A stretch of 64,000 bases of DNA from positions 11,834 through 75,833 of the forward strand of contig JAICWB010000001.1 in the NCBI GenBank assembly GCA_025935035.1, in the 5' to 3' direction. This document shows, piece after piece, positions 63,985-64,000 of the stretch (its first letter is position 1; the number at the start of each line of letters is the position of its first letter). The translations under genes were made by a program, and so were the position numbers. The notes below the pieces were generated by a model. That model did not search any database and was not told the DNA's origin. It saw only the letters and a program-made list of their open reading frames with translations. This DNA comes from Terriglobales bacterium (lineage in GTDB: Bacteria; Acidobacteriota; Terriglobia; Terriglobales; Acidobacteriaceae).

Positions 63985-64000
63985 GCTCCACGCCTACGAT
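63981..64000 (+). CDS. Possible start of a further co-oriented gene (runs off the window)
   Basis: GTG at 63981 overlaps the TGA stop (GTGA) and is preceded by AGGAGG (63969-74) at 6-nt spacing. Only 6 codons are visible. Confidence 0.25.

Noticed and set aside
1-64000. Search by eye for CRISPR arrays, rRNA/tRNA genes, IS elements or transposases, toxin-antitoxin pairs and known defence-system hallmarks.
   Set aside because: I found no regularly spaced direct repeats. No intergenic gap over 70 bp has a tRNA-like T-arm or acceptor pattern. No transposase or integrase other than XerC/XerD was seen. No ORF has hallmark defence domains that I could recognise by eye. A computational scan (tRNAscan-SE, Infernal, DefenseFinder/PADLOC) would be needed to be sure.

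Overview
This is a moderately GC-rich bacterial chromosomal segment. Gene content suggests Acidobacteriota, but that is an unverified inference. I saw no rRNA, tRNA, CRISPR array, IS element or prophage. The first ~39 kb is mostly housekeeping and envelope genes: a TerC-family protein, a sigma-54 two-component operon, an OmpA-family protein, a BNR/Asp-box propeller, an M16 peptidase pair, xerD-xerC, secA, a polyprenyl synthase, yajQ, a TatD-family hydrolase, metG, argS, pepA, a transglutaminase membrane protein, fabH, and a YVTN propeller lipoprotein. It also holds split NHEJ parts: a stand-alone LigD-type polymerase domain and, 21 kb away, ku. An SRP (4.5S) RNA gene sits at about 35670-35768 and is invisible to the ORF track. 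The last ~24 kb is a signal-transduction island. Che1 (39938-47463, minus strand) is a complete classical chemotaxis operon: MCP-cheW-cheR-cheA-cheB-cheY-cheX. After a 449-bp gap, everything runs on the plus strand, tightly packed. The order is a GAF/PAS histidine kinase, a single-domain receiver and a sigma-54 activator, then a near-consensus sigma-54 promoter (52108-52123). Next come a ~489-aa protein with no recognisable domain and a protein with a histidine-kinase dimerisation/phosphoacceptor (DHp) domain but no ATPase domain. A Pil-Chp-like (type IV pilus class) chemosensory cluster follows, with a PilH-like receiver, cheW, MCP, cheR, a two-Hpt hybrid cheA and cheB. It ends with two extra CheW paralogues and a degenerate-receiver plus DUF4388/PATAN-like protein. 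This sigma-54-gated composite is my best candidate for an undescribed system. All functional calls rest on motif recognition by eye; no database search was possible.
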